Below, piece after piece: positions 1 through 10,255 of a stretch of 64,000 bases of DNA (position 1 is the stretch's first letter; each line of letters begins with the position of its first letter). The DNA is from a bacterium (GTDB lineage Bacteria; Patescibacteriota; Microgenomatia; Woykebacterales; RBG-16-39-9b): contig JAUYID010000009.1 of assembly GCA_030704665.1 (NCBI GenBank), forward strand, positions 163 through 64,162, read 5' to 3'. The notes below the pieces were generated by a model. It was not told where the DNA came from. It saw only the letters and a program-made list of their open reading frames with translations, and searched no databases. The translations under genes and the position numbers were made by a program.

Positions 1-201
1 CAAGTCTGGTGCAACCAAGGCAACGTTAAAAGCGTCAACTGAAACCCCGGCTCCAAAATAACGAGCTAGAAACCAGTTGCGAGCTAGTCCCAAAATTCGA
101 CTAGCCAGCATCAAAACCATCATGATCCCTGCTGCAGAGAGTATTGTAGTTTGGCGTCTGAATAGTAGGGAGGTTCCGTTTCGTAATATACTTTTGACCA
201 T
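1..201 (-). CDS. N-terminal part of a MurJ/MviN-like lipid II flippase; the gene continues leftward out of the window
   Basis: Minus-strand translation reads MVKSILRNGTSLLFRRQTTILSAAGIMMVLMLASRILGLARNWFLARYFGAG..DAF. This matches the conserved MurJ N-terminus pattern (LG..R......A..FG.....DAF). Confidence 0.4.
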   Translation of the reverse strand, partial: MVKSILRNGTSLLFRRQTTILSAAGIMMVLMLASRILGLARNWFLARYFGAGVSVDAFNVALVAPDL

Positions 202-306
202 TTGATCTTAGGGTAGTAACAAGTATATCAGGCTCACTTGCTAGTCTCAATAGCTCTCACACTTGCATCAACCTCTTCCAATCTGCTATAGTGCCTTTTT
301 TGAAAA

Positions 307-603
307 ATGCCATTAATCAAGGGTGCGATAAAAAAACTACGTCAAGATCAAGCCAGGACCGAAAAAAATCGGGCCTCTCGTGCTGGTCTGCGCACCACTT
401 TGAAGCGGACTGAGGCCAACCTGACTTCAGAAGCTCTTTCTGAGGCTTTTTCAGTTTTGGACAAGGCTGTAAAACGAGGTTTGATAAAAAAGGGCAAAGC
501 CGATCGTGTCAAGTCACGCCTCAGCAAAAAGGTGAAACCAACAGCTACAAAAGCCAAAACTGTTAAACCGTCGAGTAAAAAATCCCCATCTAAAACAAAA
601 TAA
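307..603 (+). CDS. rpsT: 30S ribosomal protein S20
   Basis: 98-aa basic protein. Motifs KKLRQDQARTEKNRASRAGLRT and KGLIKKGKADRVKSRLSKK are typical of S20. Confidence 0.8.
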   Translation: MPLIKGAIKKLRQDQARTEKNRASRAGLRTTLKRTEANLTSEALSEAFSVLDKAVKRGLIKKGKADRVKSRLSKKVKPTATKAKTVKPSSKKSPSKTK

Positions 604-652
604 TCAGGAACCTCGTTGCCAGCTAGTTTTCTCTTCTGTTATACTCTAACTG

Positions 653-1267
653 ATGGCTAAAGCTGCCCAAAAACCTCAAGAGTTAAATATCAATTTGTTA
701 CAAAAAGAAGAAGTAGGTGGTGTCACTGGCGATTTGATCAAGTGGGTTCTTACTATTGGTCGCTATCTAATCATCGTCACTGAAATCATCGCCCTTGCCA
801 CCTTCCTCTTTGGTATCAAACTTGCTGCTGACAAAAATGATTTAAAAGGTAAGGTGGCGGCAGCTAAAATCGATGTTGATACCAAAGCAAAATGTAACGA
901 AGCCGACCCAACTGCTTTTTGTGAAGACAATTTTTTGGCTCTTCAAGACAGAATTAACCAAGTAGGTTCGGGCAAAAATACCCAAATTCAAACTAGCGCA
1001 GTAGTCAAAGAGTTTCTCAGCTTGCTTCCCAACGAACTAAATTTAACTACTCTTTCCCTAGAAAGTGGGAAGATTTCTTTCAACGGCTATTTTCCTGACT
1101 CTGTCACCCTACAAACTTTGATCATCTCCCTGGGAAGTTCAAAAAGTATAACTGATTTGGACATTCAGGAATTAAACAGCCCTTCCAGCAAAAACACGAA
1201 TTTTACTTTTAAGGCTGAAGCTGTCATAGATACGCAGCAGTTCACAGCAATTAATACACGAGACTAA
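653..1267 (+). CDS. Type IV pilus assembly protein PilN-like (fimbrial assembly family)
   Basis: N-terminal INLL motif followed by a single TM helix, then a periplasmic domain. Sits immediately upstream of a PilO-like ORF. Confidence 0.55.
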   Translation: MAKAAQKPQELNINLLQKEEVGGVTGDLIKWVLTIGRYLIIVTEIIALATFLFGIKLAADKNDLKGKVAAAKIDVDTKAKCNEADPTAFCEDNFLALQDRINQVGSGKNTQIQTSAVVKEFLSLLPNELNLTTLSLESGKISFNGYFPDSVTLQTLIISLGSSKSITDLDIQELNSPSSKNTNFTFKAEAVIDTQQFTAINTRD

Positions 1268-1271
1268 TTTT

Positions 1272-1907
1272 ATGCGCTTAACTGATCAAGTTTACGAAAA
1301 ATACAATAGCTACAGCCAAAATCAGAAGCACTATCTGAACCTAGCTTTGACTTTGGGATTGTTGATTCTTCTCATCGCCCTGATTTACCCTGCTATCAAC
1401 CACATTCTGCAGCTACGACGGGAGTTAAAGGACGGTCGAGAGGTTCTCACCAAACTTCAAGAAAAATCAGTCCAACTTGATCAGGCCAAGGTTGAATACG
1501 ACAGTGTCCAGGACAAACTCGCGGTACTAGATGAGGCTTTACCGAAGGAAAGTGGTTTAAAGAATTATCTAAAACGACCTTTGGAGCTTTTGGCGAATAA
1601 ATATAGTCTGACAATCTCAGGCTTGCAGTTTAATGAAGTTCCTTTGTCCAAACCCCAATTCACTGAAACCCTGACTATCAAAAAGCTTCCTTACTCACTT
1701 GTAGTAGCGGGGAATTTCGCCGATTTCTCCAAATTCCTTTCTGATATCGAGCACTTCATTCGTACTACTCAAGTTGGTTCGGTCAGCATTGTTTCCACCA
1801 AAGGTGGTCATGTTACTGCTACCCTAAGAGCGCAAACGACCTTTCTTGGCTCGATGACTAGTCTTGAAATACCGCAAACTGGCCAAAGCGCAGGAGGTAA
1901 CAAATGA
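1272..1907 (+). CDS. Type IV pilus assembly protein PilO-like
   Basis: N-terminal TM helix followed by coiled-coil and periplasmic domain, adjacent to the PilN-like gene. Classic PilN-PilO pair. Confidence 0.45.
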   Translation: MRLTDQVYEKYNSYSQNQKHYLNLALTLGLLILLIALIYPAINHILQLRRELKDGREVLTKLQEKSVQLDQAKVEYDSVQDKLAVLDEALPKESGLKNYLKRPLELLANKYSLTISGLQFNEVPLSKPQFTETLTIKKLPYSLVVAGNFADFSKFLSDIEHFIRTTQVGSVSIVSTKGGHVTATLRAQTTFLGSMTSLEIPQTGQSAGGNK

Positions 1908-2101
1908 TATCGAAAAATCTCACCAATATTCTCGGTCTTACTCTGATCACTTTGTTGGTTTGGGTTGGTTTTCAAGTTTTTCAGATCTTTACCACAAGCA
2001 GTATTCCGCCGGCAACCCAAAAACAACTTCAGCCACTAAACCCGAATTTGGATACAGCTTTGCTTGAAGAATTGAACGACCCAGAAAAAACTTTGAAATA
2101 A
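1904..2101 (+). CDS. Small single-TM membrane protein in the pilus cluster
   Basis: 65 aa with a hydrophobic N-terminal helix. Overlaps the PilO-like stop by 4 nt (ATGA). Confidence 0.3.
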   Translation: MISKNLTNILGLTLITLLVWVGFQVFQIFTTSSIPPATQKQLQPLNPNLDTALLEELNDPEKTLK

Positions 2102-2129
2102 TTTAGTTAAAAAAGGAAAAACCTGCCCA

Positions 2130-2639
2130 ATGTTGATTCAAGGTCGAATCGAAAAATCGACAACTACTGGCCTTCCCCAGATACAAAAAAGGACGGTAGA
2201 AAAATTTCTCTTTCTGACTTCGGTTGGACTAGTTGGTTTCCTTTTGGTGATAGTTCTTCTTCAACTGTTCGGCTCTATAACTGGCTTTGGAGCGACCACT
2301 CGGCCCCATAGTTTGGTTGTCCAAAGTGTGACTGATGTCTCTTTCACCGTAACTTGGCAAACCAAGACTAAAAGTAGTGGTTATGTTTTGTACGGCGATC
2401 GTCCTGATCAGCTCACGAAAAAGGCTTTTGACAATCAAGCTAGCGGAAACATGTCTACTTTTCTTGCCAACGACCATAGAGTAACGCTAACCAATTTAGA
2501 TCCAAATACCTATTACTATTACCAAATTGTCTCGGATGGGAAAGATGTAGATAGTGTTGATAGCTCTCTTCTCAAACCAGTAAAAACTGCTCTTGAGTCT
2601 TATCTGACCAACCCTAGCTTGGGAGGAAATCCTCCCTAA
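2130..2639 (+). CDS. Membrane-anchored protein with a fibronectin-III/purple-acid-phosphatase-N-like beta domain
   Basis: TM helix, then SFTVTWQTKT...YYYYQIV, which is typical of FN3-like domains. Confidence 0.4.
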   Translation: MLIQGRIEKSTTTGLPQIQKRTVEKFLFLTSVGLVGFLLVIVLLQLFGSITGFGATTRPHSLVVQSVTDVSFTVTWQTKTKSSGYVLYGDRPDQLTKKAFDNQASGNMSTFLANDHRVTLTNLDPNTYYYYQIVSDGKDVDSVDSSLLKPVKTALESYLTNPSLGGNPP

Positions 2640-3271
2640 ATTTGGGTCTTGGCAAGTGCCAAGCTGATAGAAAACTTTGGCTCAAGTCCTGATTTGATCG
2701 CCAAATCTGCCTCGAGCAAACTACGAAAAGCCCTTTTTATCCCCTTTTCACTCCAAAGTTTGGCTTGATCTGTTATTTTTTGCTGAACAAAAGAAGAGTG
2801 GCTGACTTTCTTGGCTTCCCCACTTAAAGCCAAACTGATTTGTTTCAGTTGACGTGAAAGTAAGCTCAGGATTACCTCCGGAGGGTTTTTCTCTGACAAG
2901 GCCAGCTCGAGATACTCCTGGGAAAGCTTTGCTTGTCGCAGACCGAAAGCATCGGTTAATTTAAAGACACCAACACTTTTGATCGGGAAGAAGCTTGTTT
3001 TTCCCGCCCAAGAAGTATTAGTCAGCGTGGAAGAGGACCAAAAAACAATTTCCTGTTGCAGAGATTTAAAACCTTCAACAAAATGTTTTTCCTCAAACCA
3101 ATCGACAATCAAAAAATTTCCAAAAAGATTTTCTTGCTCCAAGGTTTCTAAGAATTTATGCTTGGGGATACTTCTTGCATCCAAAACCACCACCTGCGGA
3201 TTTTGCTCTCGCAAACGAAGAAGAAAGGTTCGTGAAGAAACTACATCAGGTCCATGGATGAGGCGGATCAT
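2636..3271 (-). CDS. DNA polymerase III delta subunit-like (short form)
   Basis: C-terminal LLEADLAIKSG resembles the HolA C-terminal domain. 211 aa is short for HolA, so confidence is low. Confidence 0.4.
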   Translation of the reverse strand: MIRLIHGPDVVSSRTFLLRLREQNPQVVVLDARSIPKHKFLETLEQENLFGNFLIVDWFEEKHFVEGFKSLQQEIVFWSSSTLTNTSWAGKTSFFPIKSVGVFKLTDAFGLRQAKLSQEYLELALSEKNPPEVILSLLSRQLKQISLALSGEAKKVSHSSFVQQKITDQAKLWSEKGIKRAFRSLLEADLAIKSGLEPKFSISLALAKTQI

Positions 3272-4419
3272 TGCTTTTGTTTTTTCCCTGCCTCAGTTGT
3301 AGCTTTAGCTTCTTCTTGGAAGATATTTTTGACTGCTTGCTGAATATTTGTCCAACTTCCACCTTTCGGTATTACAACATAGGCTCCCCCGTACTGGGAA
3401 GACGGTGGGTGGATCATGTAATTTGTCGTATCAAGCACTAAATTCTTTATGGTGGCAGCATTAATTTCTCGACTGTATTTGTAAAGTTTTGGTAGGGCAG
3501 CGAGATCAACATCAGTTGAAACCGTCTCTCCAAAGGCAGAAAAGAGTTTGTTTATTTTTAAGGGGTCAAAAATTGTAAAGAGTGACAAAGCTTTGTCTCG
3601 GGCGGCCAAAATCACTTTTTGTTGTCTCTTGGCACGGGCAAAGTCACTTCCTTCGCCATTCGTTCCTTTACGGCTGCGGACAAATTCCAATGCTCGACTC
3701 CCACTCATATGTTGTAAACCAGCGTTGAAATGAATGTGCTTGTAGCCACTGGCAGTTTTGGTCGAATCTGGGTAGCTCCAATCATCAAAAGCTTTGTCCA
3801 CTTTTACATCTACTCCACCCAAACTATCAATTCCTTTTTTAAAGCCGGCAAAATCAATTCTGGTCACATAATGAATTGGAATTCCCAGGCTTTGGCTGAT
3901 AACAGTTTTCGCCATTGCCGCACCCCCACCCGGATAGCCAAGACTTTCCCCATACGAATAGGAGGCGTTAATTTTTGTATACGCTGAGCCGTGACCCTCC
4001 CAAGAAGGAAGTTGGACCCAAGTATCCCGGGGAATTGAAATCATCGCCACCTTTTTGGTGTTTTGGTCAAGGGAAATTATCAGCATAGTATCGGAGAGAA
4101 AACCGTTGCGTTTAACTTCTCCGTTACCAAGATTGTAAGAGTAAGGAACGTTGTCTCTTTTATCAATTCCTAAAAGTAAGAAGTTTGTTCGGCCGTTGTC
4201 AGATTTTAATGTTCCCTCTGGATTTTTTACCAAAGAAAGGGCTGCTGAAGGGTTTTTGAGGATTTCCCGAAGCAAAGCTGCCGCCGGAAAATACAAAACA
4301 TAGCCAGCGTAAAGAACAATGGTTGTCAAAAACACCAGGGCTGACCATTTAACAATTTTTTTGGTTCTAGATCTCTCTTTCTTTTTCTGGGAGAGAACAC
4401 CCAAATCTACGTATTGCAT
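3268..4419 (-). CDS. LytR-CpsA-Psr (LCP) family cell-envelope phosphotransferase
   Basis: N-terminal TM helix, then LLLGIDKRD...SDTMLIISLD...ISIPRDTWV, which are typical LCP motifs. Confidence 0.8.
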   Translation of the reverse strand: MQYVDLGVLSQKKKERSRTKKIVKWSALVFLTTIVLYAGYVLYFPAAALLREILKNPSAALSLVKNPEGTLKSDNGRTNFLLLGIDKRDNVPYSYNLGNGEVKRNGFLSDTMLIISLDQNTKKVAMISIPRDTWVQLPSWEGHGSAYTKINASYSYGESLGYPGGGAAMAKTVISQSLGIPIHYVTRIDFAGFKKGIDSLGGVDVKVDKAFDDWSYPDSTKTASGYKHIHFNAGLQHMSGSRALEFVRSRKGTNGEGSDFARAKRQQKVILAARDKALSLFTIFDPLKINKLFSAFGETVSTDVDLAALPKLYKYSREINAATIKNLVLDTTNYMIHPPSSQYGGAYVVIPKGGSWTNIQQAVKNIFQEEAKATTEAGKKQKQ

Positions 4420-4477
4420 AATTGCCGTGGAAAAAAACGAAGCCTGCCAGGCCTCTAAGTTTTCATTTTACCACAGA

Positions 4478-5173
4478 TTACCTAGACGCGGTACTGACCA
4501 GGGCCGCAAAACCATCTACCGAGAGAGAGGCTTGGCCGACAAGAAAACCGTTGATTTGTCCTTGTTCAAGAAAACCCGTAATATTTTCAGAGTTGACACT
4601 TCCTCCGTACAGGACAACCACGTCCTGGCCGATTTTTTCTTTGATAGTCTTTACTTCCTCGTTAGCTCTCTCTGGCTCCTGAGGATGGTAATCTTTCCCC
4701 CCACTGATCGCTCCCGGTGGTTCATGAACAAAAATAATCTTTTCAACTGACTTTGCGATTGCTTCTGAAGATAGATAAGTTTCTAGTTGCCTTTGATCGC
4801 TAACACAAAGAATCGGAGTGATTCCATTGCTCAAGAGCTTTTCTACCTTTTGGGCCACCGTTTGAGCATTTTCTCCAAAAAACTTCCATCTTTCCGAGTG
4901 CCCTACAATACAGTGGCTCGCTATACCCTGCAGCATTTGAGCAGTTACCTCACCAGTGTAAGCTCCATTGTCATAGCGGGAAACGTTTTGTGCCCCCACT
5001 TTGAAATTGTACTCATCGGTCAATTCAAATAAAGTGTAGAGATAGGGAAAAGGAACACACAGGATGGCGGCAGAAGAAGAATTGGCTATTTCCTGACCAA
5101 ACTTCTGCGCAAAATCAACCGCTTCCTTGACAGTTTTATTTGCCTTCCAATTCGCAACAAACAAAGGTTTCAT
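4478..5173 (-). CDS. tpiA: Triosephosphate isomerase
   Basis: Motifs ANWKAN, HSERR-like HSERW, YGGSV. Confidence 0.9.
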   Translation of the reverse strand: MKPLFVANWKANKTVKEAVDFAQKFGQEIANSSSAAILCVPFPYLYTLFELTDEYNFKVGAQNVSRYDNGAYTGEVTAQMLQGIASHCIVGHSERWKFFGENAQTVAQKVEKLLSNGITPILCVSDQRQLETYLSSEAIAKSVEKIIFVHEPPGAISGGKDYHPQEPERANEEVKTIKEKIGQDVVVLYGGSVNSENITGFLEQGQINGFLVGQASLSVDGFAALVSTASR

Positions 5174-5176
5174 AGT

Positions 5177-6169
5177 TTAATCGTAGTAACCAATTGCTTC
5201 CAGTCCAGCTAGCTTCTTTCCAGCCAGAAAATCAAGCATGGCGCCCCCACCCATTGAAACATAGGCAATTTTTGAAAGCAAGCCAATCTTGCTCAAAGCA
5301 GCGGCCGTATCCCCACCACCGACAACACTGTAACAACCTGAAGCAACTACTGCTTGGGCAATTGCCTTCGTTCCGTTGAGATAGCGCTCGTCTTCATATT
5401 TGCCCATGGTTCCATTCCAAACTACAGTAGCTGCTTTGGCGATTTCGTCTTGAAAAGATTGAATTGAAACTGGCCCAATGTCGGCACCATCAACATCGTC
5501 ACTGGCAACAATGACGTTGGAAATTTTTTCTTTAAACTCAAACATAAGTTTACCAGCTACCAAAACTTTGTCTGCAATCTTACTCATGTTGGTAATTGCC
5601 GGCAGTTTTGTTTCCAGCTTTGCTCCTGCCAAAATTGCTACTAATGGTCGTTTCGGGTTTCTCATGACCGAAGCGAGTTCATGAACTTCTTCTTCTAAGG
5701 CTATTCCAATAAAGGGTGGTAAAAATTTAGGTAAAAAAAGCATGGTTGCACCGGCGTGGTGAGAAGTTGCAAAGCAATCATTAACGTAACACTCACCCAA
5801 AAGAGCAACTTGTTTTGCAAAATTTTCTTCCCTAGCTTCTTCTTCAGGCCAAAAACGAATGTTTTCCAAACACGCTAGATCAGAAGTTGGTTTTTGAACT
5901 TCTGAAAGTAATTCGATTGGTTTGCCCACGAGCTGGGAAAGACTTGCAACTACCGGTTTTAAGGAAAAATTTGGGTCTCGACCCTCCGGGCGCCCGAGAT
6001 GGCCGAGAAGAATGACTTTTGCTTTTTGCTCGAGAAGAAATTTAATGGTTTTGCTCGAAGAGAGCAAACGAGCCTTCTCGACAACTTGCCCATTCTCGAG
6101 AGGAACATCAAGATCAGTCCAAACTATGACTGTCTTGTCGATTAGATCGGCGTCGCGGACAGAATGCAT
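5177..6169 (-). CDS. pgk: Phosphoglycerate kinase (short form)
   Basis: GHLGRPEG motif, C-terminal GGGD/GGGA motifs, and adjacency to tpiA. Confidence 0.85.
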   Translation of the reverse strand: MHSVRDADLIDKTVIVWTDLDVPLENGQVVEKARLLSSSKTIKFLLEQKAKVILLGHLGRPEGRDPNFSLKPVVASLSQLVGKPIELLSEVQKPTSDLACLENIRFWPEEEAREENFAKQVALLGECYVNDCFATSHHAGATMLFLPKFLPPFIGIALEEEVHELASVMRNPKRPLVAILAGAKLETKLPAITNMSKIADKVLVAGKLMFEFKEKISNVIVASDDVDGADIGPVSIQSFQDEIAKAATVVWNGTMGKYEDERYLNGTKAIAQAVVASGCYSVVGGGDTAAALSKIGLLSKIAYVSMGGGAMLDFLAGKKLAGLEAIGYYD

Positions 6170-6196
6170 ACTTTCATATTAGCAGTAAAAAGGGGC

Positions 6197-6466
6197 TTAG
6201 GCGAGATGAGCTTCAATTTTTGTTTTTAGGATGTCCTTGCTGGTTGCTCCAACAAACCTCTCAACCTCCTGACCATCTTTAAGAACAATGTAGGTGGGAA
6301 TACTCATGACACCGTACTTCATTGAAGCTTCGCTTTCGGAATCGACGTCGATTTTAGTAATTTTTACCTTGTCCCCAAGCTCTTTTTCCAAGGCTTCTAG
6401 TGTCGGTTCCATCACCTTACAAGGCCCACACCAATCAGCATAAAAATCTAAAAATTCAACTTCCAC
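6197..6466 (-). CDS. trxA: Thioredoxin
   Basis: WCGPC active site; 89 aa. Confidence 0.9.
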   Translation of the reverse strand: MEVEFLDFYADWCGPCKVMEPTLEALEKELGDKVKITKIDVDSESEASMKYGVMSIPTYIVLKDGQEVERFVGATSKDILKTKIEAHLA

Positions 6467-6606
6467 AAAAACCTCCTCTTTGTTGATGAGAGTGTCGGAA
6501 ATAATTCTTCTATCTTAAGAATACCACTTTTGTAAAATAGAAAAAATGACACTCTTATCTTTTTTGACTGTAGCCAACAACCTGAAATCCTTGTTAAGAT
6601 ATTCGG

Positions 6607-8445
6607 GTGAAATCTCTTGAAGGTCTCAATCCAACTCAAAAACAGGCGGTTACCTACGAGGGCTCGGCGGCTTTAGTGCTTTCCGGACCTGGCAGCGGCA
6701 AAACTCGTGTTATCACCCACCGCATTGCTTATTTGATCAATGAACTTGGCGTTTCCCCCGATGAGATACTGGCGGTAACTTTTACCAACAAAGCCGCCAA
6801 TGAAATGAAGGAGAGGCTCAAAAAACTGGTTGCTAACTCTCCAACCTGGATGGGTACTTTTCACAGTTTATCAAGTCGTATTCTTCGGAAAGACGGTTTT
6901 GCAATCGGAATCAACCCCAATTTTGTTATTTATGATGAAGGTGATAGTTTGGATTTGATCAAGGATTGCATGAAAGAACTGAATATTAACCCCAAAAATT
7001 TTTCGCCGGGTTCAATCAAAGCTAGCATTGAGAGTGCCAAAAACGAGCTGATTGGCCCAAACGAATACAAAACTTTAGCACGAGGTTATTTTCAAGAGGT
7101 AGTGGAGAAAGTTTATTCCGCTTACCAAAAAGCTTTAAAGAAAAGCCAGGCTTTGGATTTTAATGATTTGCTCATGCAAGTGGTCGTTCTTTTCGAAAAA
7201 GATCAGACGACTTTAGAAAAATATCAAAAACGTTTTAAATATGTTCTAGTAGATGAATACCAAGATACGAACCGGGCTCAATATCTTTTTTCCAAAATGA
7301 TTGCGGCTGCCTCGCGCTCTCTTTTTGTAGTTGGCGATGCTTCTCAGGCGATTTACGGCTGGCGCGGAGCTGACTACCGCAATATTCTTAACTTTGAAAA
7401 GGATTTCCCAGAGTCAAAAGTTTTTAACCTTGAGCAGAACTACCGTTCCACCAAAAGAATTCTTGACGCCGCCAAAGCTGTCATCGGTCAAAACCGTTCC
7501 CACCCAATTCTTGATCTTTGGACTGAAAATGATGAAGGCATACCTTTGGTGACCTATGAAGCGAAGAATGAGATTGAAGAGGCTGCCTTTGTGACAAGAA
7601 CAATTAACAAGTTGTTGGCTAGCAATCAAGGCTTTAATTTAAACAGTTTTGCTGTTCTCTACCGAACCAATGCTCAAAGCCGGGTCCTAGAGGAAGCTTT
7701 TTTGGCGGATGGGACACCTTACCTTTTGATCGGCGGGACACGTTTTTACGAGCGGAGGGAAATCAAAGACGTTCTCGCCTATCTAAAATTGGTTTACAAC
7801 CCTGCTGATACGGTTAGTTTTAAAAGAGCGGTCAACACCCCACCCCGAGGTATTGGCCCTGCTAGTCTGGGGGATCCAAAAAATCCTAAACTAAACAAAT
7901 TTCACGATTTGCTTGAGGAAATCAGAAACAAAGCCAAAAACCTAGAAACTATTGATCTTGTTGATTTGGTTCTTGCCCAAAGCGCCTATTTATCTTACCT
8001 TGATGATGGAACTCTGGAAGGTGTTTCTAGAATCGAAAACGTCAAAGAACTGCGTAGTGTGGCTACCCAATTTCCCGTTCTCGAAGATTTTCTAGAAAAT
8101 GTTGCCTTGGTCGAGCAAGAATATTTTCCTGACAAGAAAAACCCCGGCACTAAAGATAATGCCGTGACTTTGATGACCTTGCACTCAGCTAAAGGGCTCG
8201 AGTTTCCGGTTGTTTTCATGGTTGGTATGGAGGAAGGTATTTTTCCTCACTCCCGAGCCATGGAAGAGCACTCCGAGCTTGAAGAGGAGAGGCGCCTCTG
8301 CTACGTCGGTATTACTCGAGCCCAAAAGCAGCTCTATTTAACTTTCACTCAATCACGGCTCTATTTTGGGGCTCGAACTGCGGGAATAGTCTCCCGCTTC
8401 ATTCTCGATATTCCCAGCGAACTCGTTATTCCGATCCGGGTTTAG
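6607..8445 (+). CDS. UvrD/PcrA/Rep-family ATP-dependent DNA helicase
   Basis: Walker A GSGKTRVITHRIAYLI, DEYQDTN, VGD..QAIYGWRGA and other SF1 helicase motifs. Confidence 0.9.
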   Translation: MKSLEGLNPTQKQAVTYEGSAALVLSGPGSGKTRVITHRIAYLINELGVSPDEILAVTFTNKAANEMKERLKKLVANSPTWMGTFHSLSSRILRKDGFAIGINPNFVIYDEGDSLDLIKDCMKELNINPKNFSPGSIKASIESAKNELIGPNEYKTLARGYFQEVVEKVYSAYQKALKKSQALDFNDLLMQVVVLFEKDQTTLEKYQKRFKYVLVDEYQDTNRAQYLFSKMIAAASRSLFVVGDASQAIYGWRGADYRNILNFEKDFPESKVFNLEQNYRSTKRILDAAKAVIGQNRSHPILDLWTENDEGIPLVTYEAKNEIEEAAFVTRTINKLLASNQGFNLNSFAVLYRTNAQSRVLEEAFLADGTPYLLIGGTRFYERREIKDVLAYLKLVYNPADTVSFKRAVNTPPRGIGPASLGDPKNPKLNKFHDLLEEIRNKAKNLETIDLVDLVLAQSAYLSYLDDGTLEGVSRIENVKELRSVATQFPVLEDFLENVALVEQEYFPDKKNPGTKDNAVTLMTLHSAKGLEFPVVFMVGMEEGIFPHSRAMEEHSELEEERRLCYVGITRAQKQLYLTFTQSRLYFGARTAGIVSRFILDIPSELVIPIRV

Positions 8446-8505
8446 AGGATCTAACACCCCTGTCAACTTTACATATGAGCAACTTTCCTGAGAAAATTTA
8501 GAATA

Positions 8506-9267
8506 ATGTCTACCGTGAAAGCCCTGGCAGGAGCTGGTCGGTCCTTTTTTGCAGTCCTAAAAAACTTCTTTCTTCTTTTCTTTGCCCGCTTGTCCTATAA
8601 ACTAATCGGAGTTTTTCTTTTTATTTTTTTGTCCCTCCTTGTTTTTGCCGAGGGTATTTTCCTAGAAAAAACGTCAGTTGAAGCGGCGAGTTTTGGTTTG
8701 CGGCTCAGCCCAATTGAAGAAAGGTTCTCCGTGGTCAGCAAAGAACTTGGCTTTGAAGAAAAGGAAGTTCCAGACAACAAACTAGCAGTTGGGGAAAGGA
8801 AGGTGGTTCAGAGCGGCAAAAAAGGTCTTCTCAAGACTAAAACTCGTTTGCTGCTTTTTGCCGGTAAGGCTTTTACCAAAGATGTAGTGGAAACAAAAAT
8901 CATTCCCCCAACTGACCGAGTTGTTGCCTTCGGGACGAAAAAAATTTACCAACAAGGTAGGGTTGACGATCAGAATTTACACTATTGGGCCAAACTAACT
9001 ATGTTTTCCACCTCTTACGACAGTAATTGCCCTGGCTGCAACGAGAGCACGGCCTTGGGTCTGAAAACTGGCTTTGGGGTCGTCGCGGTGGATCCAAAAG
9101 TGATTCCTCTTGGTACCAAGGTCTTCATCCCCAACTACGGCTTTGCTGTTGCTGGCGATACCGGTGGCTCGATCAAGGGCAACAAAATTGACCTCGGTTT
9201 TGACGATGTCAAAAAAGGCTGGTGGTCAGCTCGCTACACTGATGTTTATTTACTAACTGAGCCTTAG
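8506..9267 (+). CDS. 3D-domain (MltA/RlpA-like) cell-wall-binding protein, with a G5-like region
   Basis: C-terminal VAVDPKVIPLGTKVFIP...GDTGGSIKGNKIDL is the 3D-domain signature. N-terminal TM helix. Confidence 0.65.
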   Translation: MSTVKALAGAGRSFFAVLKNFFLLFFARLSYKLIGVFLFIFLSLLVFAEGIFLEKTSVEAASFGLRLSPIEERFSVVSKELGFEEKEVPDNKLAVGERKVVQSGKKGLLKTKTRLLLFAGKAFTKDVVETKIIPPTDRVVAFGTKKIYQQGRVDDQNLHYWAKLTMFSTSYDSNCPGCNESTALGLKTGFGVVAVDPKVIPLGTKVFIPNYGFAVAGDTGGSIKGNKIDLGFDDVKKGWWSARYTDVYLLTEP

Positions 9268-9303
9268 AATTCCCCTTTTCTCCAAAGCAGTTTAGAATAA
9301 AAA

Positions 9304-10182
9304 GTGATGGACATTCACCAAAGTAGTCTTTGGGCCAAGTACATGGAGGCGCTGGGTTGGCAAACAGTCGATCTCAAACCGGGCTATGCTTACATCAGAA
9401 AACTTCCTCTCCTCGGCTCGATAGTAAAAATTCCCAAGGCCAGTTCAGAAATAGATTTGGTTCTAGTTAACGAGGTTTCGGAAAAGAACAAAGCAATTTT
9501 TACCAAAATCGAACCGGTTGGTGAAGTTGGTGATCAAAAGCTTTCGAACTCTTTAGTTAAAGCTGGTTTTGAAGCTGACAACTGGAGCCTGCAACCAACC
9601 AAAACTTTGGTTGTGGATTTAAAGGCCCCCGAAGAAGAAATCCTTACTCGTATGGAAAAGGATACACGCTACAGTATCCGTAGTGCTGAAAAGAAAGGGG
9701 TAAGGGTAGAGAAAGCAGACGACTTTGAAACCTTCTGGTCACTACACTCCCAAACGGCGAAGCGAGGTAAATTCTGGACGATTCGAGCCGACGTCGAAAA
9801 GCTCTGGAAAGTTTTTTCTGAGGCAAAACAAGGGCTGATATTAGTTGCTAGTTTTAATGAGCAACCACTCGCAACCTCAATGGTTCTTTTTCAAAATAAA
9901 AAAGCTTACTACTATCATGCCGGTTCCAGTACGCAGCGTAGAGACCTTTTTGCCCCTTATTTGGTAGTTTGGGAAAGTATCAAAGAGGCTAAGAAAAAAG
10001 GTTGTACGAGCTTGGACTTGATGGGAATAGTTGACCCAAGAATAAAAGCAACCCGGTCTTGGGCTGGTTTTTCTCATTTCAAAAAAGGCTTTGGAGGCGA
10101 AGAAAAAACTTATCTAGGCTCTTACGCCAAATTCTACAACCCAATCTTCAAACTCATTTTTAAGTTAAACAAATTTTTCTAA
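9304..10182 (+). CDS. FemAB-family peptidoglycan interpeptide-bridge peptidyltransferase
   Basis: Overall FemX/FemAB-like layout, including a YYYHAGSS-type motif. Confidence 0.55.
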   Translation: MMDIHQSSLWAKYMEALGWQTVDLKPGYAYIRKLPLLGSIVKIPKASSEIDLVLVNEVSEKNKAIFTKIEPVGEVGDQKLSNSLVKAGFEADNWSLQPTKTLVVDLKAPEEEILTRMEKDTRYSIRSAEKKGVRVEKADDFETFWSLHSQTAKRGKFWTIRADVEKLWKVFSEAKQGLILVASFNEQPLATSMVLFQNKKAYYYHAGSSTQRRDLFAPYLVVWESIKEAKKKGCTSLDLMGIVDPRIKATRSWAGFSHFKKGFGGEEKTYLGSYAKFYNPIFKLIFKLNKFF

Positions 10183-10185
10183 AAG

Positions 10186-10225
10186 AAATGAAAAACGCCA
10201 GGGCATTTGTGGTGCTCTGGCGTTT
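10186..10225. terminator. Bidirectional intrinsic terminator
   Basis: Stem AACGCCAG-(15 nt loop)-CTGGCGTT flanked by T-runs on both strands. It lies between the FemAB gene (+) and the island small-ORF unit (-). Confidence 0.6.
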
Positions 10226-10255
10226 TCGGTAGTGTCGGTTCGACGCGGGTGTGCT